A DNA stretch of 64,000 bases from an uncultured Lachnospiraceae bacterium (lineage in GTDB: Bacteria > Bacillota > Clostridia > Lachnospirales > Lachnospiraceae): positions 18,906-82,905 of the forward strand of contig CARHSH010000001.1 in assembly GCA_948989975.1 (NCBI GenBank), given 5' to 3'. Under the pieces are notes generated by a model. The model saw only the letters and a program-made list of their open reading frames with translations. It was not told the origin of the DNA and did not search any database. Positions 59,008-64,000 of this stretch are shown here, in pieces; position 1 is the stretch's first letter, and each line of letters starts with the position of its first letter. The translations under genes were made by a program, and so were the position numbers.

Positions 59008-60021
59008 CTACTGTTCCATGCGTTTTAGAATGATGTCTGCATAGCTGTCTATATCGTCGGTTGTATTCGCCGACAGGCTTTCGCAATGTCTGCAGATTGG
59101 TATATCGTCTTTCCTCTTTTTTAAGTGGAGTTTTTGGTACTGGCAAAGTTTTTCGCCATTCCAAATATCCGCAATTTTTTCGGTTTTTAAATCGCCTAAA
59201 ATATATTCTGTTTTCCAGTCTACACAGCACAGATGCGCAATGCCGGAATGGTTTATTACCATCGTAGTAAATAAAAATGGGCAGACTTCTTTTGGTTGTA
59301 GCTCCTGGCCGTAAGTGCCTTTATGGGCGTTGTTTATTTTTGCGCCGATATTTGTGTCCTGCCAAAGGGTGGAAGAAATGGTTTCTACAAATATTTCGTC
59401 AGACACTTTTTCAAATGTCTGGTAAAAATTCTGTTTTTCTGTTTCGGTATAACCAATATCGCTGTATTTAATAAAGATTTTACAATTCTGTTTATTTTTA
59501 TAGAAAAACTCGATTTTTTTATAGAAATCCTGAAAGTCCATTTCGTATTGGCATACGTCTTTGTACTGTTGTTCATTAATTCCATTTACTGAAATATTTA
59601 ATATGTCAAGACCTGCCTCAATAAGCTCAAGGCTGAGCGTTTCGTTTAGAAGCGTGCCGTTGGTCGTGATTTCAATACATTCTGCGGCCTCTGCTTTTTT
59701 GGCATAGGCTGCCATTTGGGCAATCTTGGGATTCATCAAGGGCTCTCCGATTTTAAACAGCCTTAATTTTTTGATTTTTTGTCTGCCCCAGCAAGAGACA
59801 ATGTCGTCTATGATTTTTTGGAAAAGTTCCAAAGACATTGCGCCAAATGTTACATTAGATTTTTTTATGGTTTCCATGTCTGAGTGGAAACAAAAATTGC
59901 ATTTTAAATTACAGGCGCTGCATACGTCAATTTGAATTGCAAAGGGCGCGGAAAGCGGCAGAACTTCCTGTAACGGGGTTCTTTCCCTTGCGTAAATTTT
60001 GGCTCTTCTTATTGCGCTCAT
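59008..60021 (-). CDS. Radical SAM / SPASM-domain enzyme
   Basis: CNLKCNFC motif and C-terminal Cys cluster (CPF...HLCCVDW...CRHC). Confidence 0.7.
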   Translation of the reverse strand: MSAIRRAKIYARERTPLQEVLPLSAPFAIQIDVCSACNLKCNFCFHSDMETIKKSNVTFGAMSLELFQKIIDDIVSCWGRQKIKKLRLFKIGEPLMNPKIAQMAAYAKKAEAAECIEITTNGTLLNETLSLELIEAGLDILNISVNGINEQQYKDVCQYEMDFQDFYKKIEFFYKNKQNCKIFIKYSDIGYTETEKQNFYQTFEKVSDEIFVETISSTLWQDTNIGAKINNAHKGTYGQELQPKEVCPFLFTTMVINHSGIAHLCCVDWKTEYILGDLKTEKIADIWNGEKLCQYQKLHLKKRKDDIPICRHCESLSANTTDDIDSYADIILKRMEQ

Positions 60022-60047
60022 CGTTGTACCTCCGTGTGGTCTGCTTT

Positions 60048-61832
60048 TTAAGGCAGCATAAGTTTTTTTATTTCATCTTCTTCTAAGAAAGGATACATAT
60101 CATGTAAAGCGGGAGTTTTCATTTTGCCGTTTTCATCTATGCGTGACATGACTTTTGGAATAACAGGATCGTCAAATGCCTGCAATACTTCCAGTATCAT
60201 ATGCTTTGTTGTCTGCATAAAAGCATGTAAGCAGGAATCCACTTCGCCATTATTATGGCAGCAAAGATATTTAAACCCGAATGTGTCTGCAATTTTTTTA
60301 AAATCAGGGAAACTTACTCCGGTATCCGGCGTACAGCCAATGTATTCTCCTTGAAAGAAGTTTTTTGAAGTCTGCCGGATTGCCCCATAACCTTCATTTG
60401 AAAAGATAACGATTGAAATTGGAAGATCGTACTGGGCAATCGTTTGAAGTTCTTGTAGGTTCATCATTATGCTTCCGTCTCCTGTAATGCAGTATACGCC
60501 GGATTTGGAGGAGATGGCGGCGCCTATGGCCGCGGGAATATCGTATCCCATAGATCCGCAAGTATAATTTGTAAGAATCCGTTGGTTTCTCTTTTGGGTT
60601 CCAATTTGTAATTTTGCAGTATTTGCGCTGTTGTTACCAAGCGCTAAAATGCTGTTATCCGGTTCATGTGAATGGAACTGTTTCCAAAAATAGTAGGAAG
60701 AAACCCTGTCTGACAAATGAACGCCATGCCGGATTGCTTCATATGGAGAAAAGCGTTCTTTTAGGTTTTGGCAGTAGGAAAGCCATTCTTTATGCGGCAT
60801 ACAGGGGATGACGCTCTGTCTGGCAGTTTCAAAAAACTGATTTAGGTCTATATGGAGGCTCTTTTGGATTTTAAGCCCCGGTTTTAGGGCTTCGTTTTTG
60901 TCAGCGTCTATCATATAGATTTTTGCATTTGGGGCGAAGCCGTCTTGGTTAAACCCTGTCTGCCGGAATCCCAAACTATTTCCTAAAGTTAAGATTGCAT
61001 CTGCGTTTTGCAAAATAAAATTTCCGGATCTTGATCCCACATTTCCGGAGGAGCCGAAATAAAGAGGATGCTCCATATAGAGGTTATCGGCTACCCATGC
61101 GCCTCCAATTACAGGGAGCCGCATAGAATCAATAAAACTTAAAAACGCTTCCATACAGTTTCCGCTTCTAATGCCGGAGCCTGCAAGGATGCAAGGGCGT
61201 TTTGCAGACTGGAATTGTTGCAGAACAGATTCTATATCTTCTTTGGGAAGATGAGGGAGGGCGCTTTGATATTCTTCCGGTTCATATAATTCGCTTTCTT
61301 CGATATTTGCGCTCTGGATATCCTGTGGGACGTCTAACCAAACGGGTCCCCGCCTTCCGTCCATAGCGATATGAATTGCTTTAACCAATTCTCTCTTTAC
61401 GGCGTATGGATCAGTCAGCATTGTGGCATATTTAGTCATATTTTGAACAGATGGGATAATTTCAAATTCTTGCAAGCCACGATAACGTAAAGGAAGGCCT
61501 GATTTTGGGACGGAAATTTCATAACGGACTTGTCCAGACAACACAATCATGGGCAGACTGTCCTGCCATGCTCCCATCACGCCTGTTATGGCGTTGGTGG
61601 AACCGGGGCCAGAGGTGACGCAGACCGCCGCCATTTTTCCGCTGTATCTTGCATAGGCTTCTGCCGCCATGGCGCACGCCTGTTCGTGGTGGTTAAAGTA
61701 TTTATTCATTTTCGGACATTTTAGCAAAGCGTTGTCTAAAAACATCGCGCCTCCGCCAACGACAGCAAAACAGTCTATAATTCCGTATTCTGTCAGTGTG
61801 TCCATAATGATGTCAGCCACTCGTTTTAACAT
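60048..61832 (-). CDS. Thiamine-diphosphate enzyme of the acetolactate-synthase large-subunit / YerE-like family
   Basis: 594 aa; TPP-enzyme N-terminal and C-terminal domains (GGGAMFLDNA..., ITGDGSIMMNLQEL). Confidence 0.65.
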   Translation of the reverse strand: MLKRVADIIMDTLTEYGIIDCFAVVGGGAMFLDNALLKCPKMNKYFNHHEQACAMAAEAYARYSGKMAAVCVTSGPGSTNAITGVMGAWQDSLPMIVLSGQVRYEISVPKSGLPLRYRGLQEFEIIPSVQNMTKYATMLTDPYAVKRELVKAIHIAMDGRRGPVWLDVPQDIQSANIEESELYEPEEYQSALPHLPKEDIESVLQQFQSAKRPCILAGSGIRSGNCMEAFLSFIDSMRLPVIGGAWVADNLYMEHPLYFGSSGNVGSRSGNFILQNADAILTLGNSLGFRQTGFNQDGFAPNAKIYMIDADKNEALKPGLKIQKSLHIDLNQFFETARQSVIPCMPHKEWLSYCQNLKERFSPYEAIRHGVHLSDRVSSYYFWKQFHSHEPDNSILALGNNSANTAKLQIGTQKRNQRILTNYTCGSMGYDIPAAIGAAISSKSGVYCITGDGSIMMNLQELQTIAQYDLPISIVIFSNEGYGAIRQTSKNFFQGEYIGCTPDTGVSFPDFKKIADTFGFKYLCCHNNGEVDSCLHAFMQTTKHMILEVLQAFDDPVIPKVMSRIDENGKMKTPALHDMYPFLEEDEIKKLMLP

Positions 61833-61924
61833 CTTAACGCCCCTCCAAATTTAGCTTTCGATAATTCATAACATAATTTTATATTGTTATATGGGAATTG
61901 TAAATATATATTTCTGAAAATTGT

Positions 61925-62812
61925 TTAATAGAGTAACTGGAATAAATCTATTTCATCTTCATGTTCCAAATACCATTGATATAACTGGCGGACGGAATCT
62001 TCTATAGGCGTATATTCAAAACCGGTAAGTTCTTCCATTAAACGGGCGTTTGAAGCGGTATATTCTTTTGCCAGCCCTTCTTTACAAATGTAAATGGGGA
62101 GCTCTTTTCCGCTGATTTTTAGGACAAGGCGGCAGAGCTTTTCTAAACTGATTTTCTTTCCCGAGACGGCGTTATAGGTATGGCGGGTTGGGGCGTGATG
62201 CAAAAAATATTCTATGATCCGGCAAAAGTCTTCTACCCAGATGTAATCGAAATACACATTCTGCCGTATAGATAACGGCAGGTTTTTTATCGCTTTACAG
62301 CAGATATTTGAAATGAACTTCACGGGATAATATTCATATTTCCCGAATATTCCGAAAAGCCGGAAGTTATAAACATTGTCTGATTTTTCAATTAATTCCC
62401 CTATTGTATATTTCATCAAACCGTATTGGTCAGTCGGAAGGCTTTTGCCTAAATCTGTTTCCGCTACATTGGCAATGTCGAACCGTTTGTCATATTCTGC
62501 GCCTGAGCCAGAATAATACATCCTGCTAAAGAGATGGGAATTTTTATAGAAATTTAAAAAGATCCGCATATTATATTCAAATATTTTCGAACCGTCTTTC
62601 GATTTGTCTATGCTGTCGCCATATGAGGCAAAATGGAGGATGTAATCAAATCTGTGGGCTTTTAAATATTGTAATGTTTCCGTTTCTTCTATGCAGTTTA
62701 GCTCTTTGCTTGACGGAGTGTATATATCATAATTACGGTCGTTTTTCTGGAGATATTCTTTTACGTTTCTGCCAACAAAACCGCTGGCTCCGGTAATTAA
62801 TATTTTTGGCAT
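61925..62812 (-). CDS. SDR-family nucleotide-sugar 4-reductase/epimerase
   Basis: ITGASGFVGRNV; YGLMK dyad; 295 aa. Confidence 0.6.
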   Translation of the reverse strand: MPKILITGASGFVGRNVKEYLQKNDRNYDIYTPSSKELNCIEETETLQYLKAHRFDYILHFASYGDSIDKSKDGSKIFEYNMRIFLNFYKNSHLFSRMYYSGSGAEYDKRFDIANVAETDLGKSLPTDQYGLMKYTIGELIEKSDNVYNFRLFGIFGKYEYYPVKFISNICCKAIKNLPLSIRQNVYFDYIWVEDFCRIIEYFLHHAPTRHTYNAVSGKKISLEKLCRLVLKISGKELPIYICKEGLAKEYTASNARLMEELTGFEYTPIEDSVRQLYQWYLEHEDEIDLFQLLY

Positions 62813-62972
62813 AATGTCCTCTTTTCCGAATATACAATTTTAGTTACATTTAGGGGGATGCAGCAATTAAAAAACCCTAATACTATATCGGCAATTTTTG
62901 GGGAAACATGAGAAGCGGTTGTTACGGAAAAGTTATATTTGTCCGATATAAAAATAAAGTATGGGAAAGGAT

Positions 62973-64000
62973 GAGGGGGAAAATGAGAGAAGATGAGCTT
63001 TTAGAATATGGAATACAGCAGTTTGAGAAAGAAATATACGAGGAAGCTTTAGAAGCGTTCGTTTTATTACATATGAGAGGATATAACCAAGAGGAAATCT
63101 TAAAGAATATCTATTCGTGTTATATGGAAGGGAATGAGGGGCAGTTTCGGGAGACATATGGACGTTGTAGTATTTTTAAGGAGATTCCCTATGAAGAATG
63201 TTTGCTCGATTTTGTTCCATATAAAGAAGGGGAATATTTTATTTATGATAAATTAAAAAGGGGGTTTTTGGGAACTTTTTCTTTGCCTGAAATTGAGCGT
63301 GAAAAAGAGCTGAATAGAGAATTTGATGATATTGCGGTAGAACTTGACTGGGACTGGCGGTTGTTTAAGCCTGCTTTGAAGTGGACGGGCAAACATAAAC
63401 TATACGCCATATGCCATGACAAACGGCGCTCGGTTTCATTCTGTAAGATCCCTGAAATGGAAAAATATTTTCAGAAGGTGTTTGCGTTTGGGGATCGAGA
63501 AGAATACCGGCAATATTTCCATACAAATACCAGCGTATTTTTGCCACGTTTTTTTTGGGGGAATCAGGATGACAAACTTGCTTTGGCGCATATATGGGAG
63601 GAGGAGCACGCTTACCGTCTTACGCCTCAGGGAAGGAATACAGAGAATGTTGTGTTGTCAATCGGGATACCGACGCATGACCGTGGGAATTTAGCTTTGG
63701 AAAAAGTGGTAAATTTGCTGACGATGTGTTATGACGCAGAAATAGAAATACTGGTTTCTAAAAATGGTATGGCGTTATATCAAGAGGAATATCGTAAAAT
63801 TGCCGCAATTTCTGATGCGAGGCTTCGTTATGTGGATCATAATAAGGAACTGACGGCGGATATTTCATGGATAAAAACGGTTGAGCTGTCGAAAGGACGG
63901 TTTACGTTGCTGGTCAGTGATGAGGATAGTGTGATTATTGAAGCGCTTGATCACTATCTTTCAATGCTTTTGGAAAATCCGGAATTGATTTTTGTAAGGG
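62973..64000 (+). CDS. Multidomain protein with a GT2 glycosyltransferase domain, truncated at the right window edge
   Basis: ATG at 62973 (MRGKMREDELLEYG...). A GT2 N-terminal motif VLSIGIPTHDRGNLALEKVVNLL lies near 63650. The frame is open to the window end. The track omits it because it is edge-truncated. Confidence 0.5.

Overview
The window is a 64 kb chromosomal segment, about 42% GC, with Firmicutes-style GGAGG ribosome-binding sites, most consistent with a Clostridia or Lachnospiraceae-like gut bacterium. Reading left to right, it contains the following modules.

- **Window start:** a minus-strand gene truncated at the left edge, then a 26-aa hydrophobic micro-ORF with its own terminator.
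- **Riboswitch-controlled transporter:** a preQ1-I-type riboswitch in front of a QueT-like transporter gene.
- **O-acyltransferase pair:** an MBOAT O-acyltransferase gene followed by its DHHW partner, 5 nt upstream of the next module.
- **Ter/TelA-type stress module (5.7-19.1 kb):** PRTase and PRTase-like genes, a divergent HpcH/CitE-like C-C lyase, a trypsin-like protease with a 12-aa tandem-repeat linker, a YceG-like protein, TelA, two TerD paralogues, a P2-type cation (Ca2+) ATPase and a HAD phosphatase.
- **Giant surface protein:** a 7.7 kb gene for a secreted GH95 fucosidase with discoidin, Big_2, Listeria-Bacteroides-repeat, FIVAR and LRR domains and internal repeats.
- **Late flagellar operon:** flgM, flgN, two FlgK-like genes, flgL, fliW, csrA, flaG, fliD, fliS and a fliT-like gene.
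- **Flagellins:** two tandem, identical flagellin genes, each with a sigma28-type promoter and a CsrA-binding leader, plus a third degenerate flagellin promoter/leader remnant.
- **Predicted flagellin-glycosylation island (42.4-64 kb):** a Maf (DUF115) gene; nucleotide-heptose pathway genes (GmhA, GmhB and a reversed-order HldE-like bifunctional enzyme); a split transketolase; four radical SAM enzymes, one of them B12-binding; an acetolactate-synthase/YerE-like thiamine-diphosphate enzyme; three SDR epimerase/reductases; an acetyltransferase; and GT2 glycosyltransferases.

This island most likely makes a modified heptose-type glycan that has not been described.

No rRNA, tRNA, CRISPR array or obvious transposase was seen.
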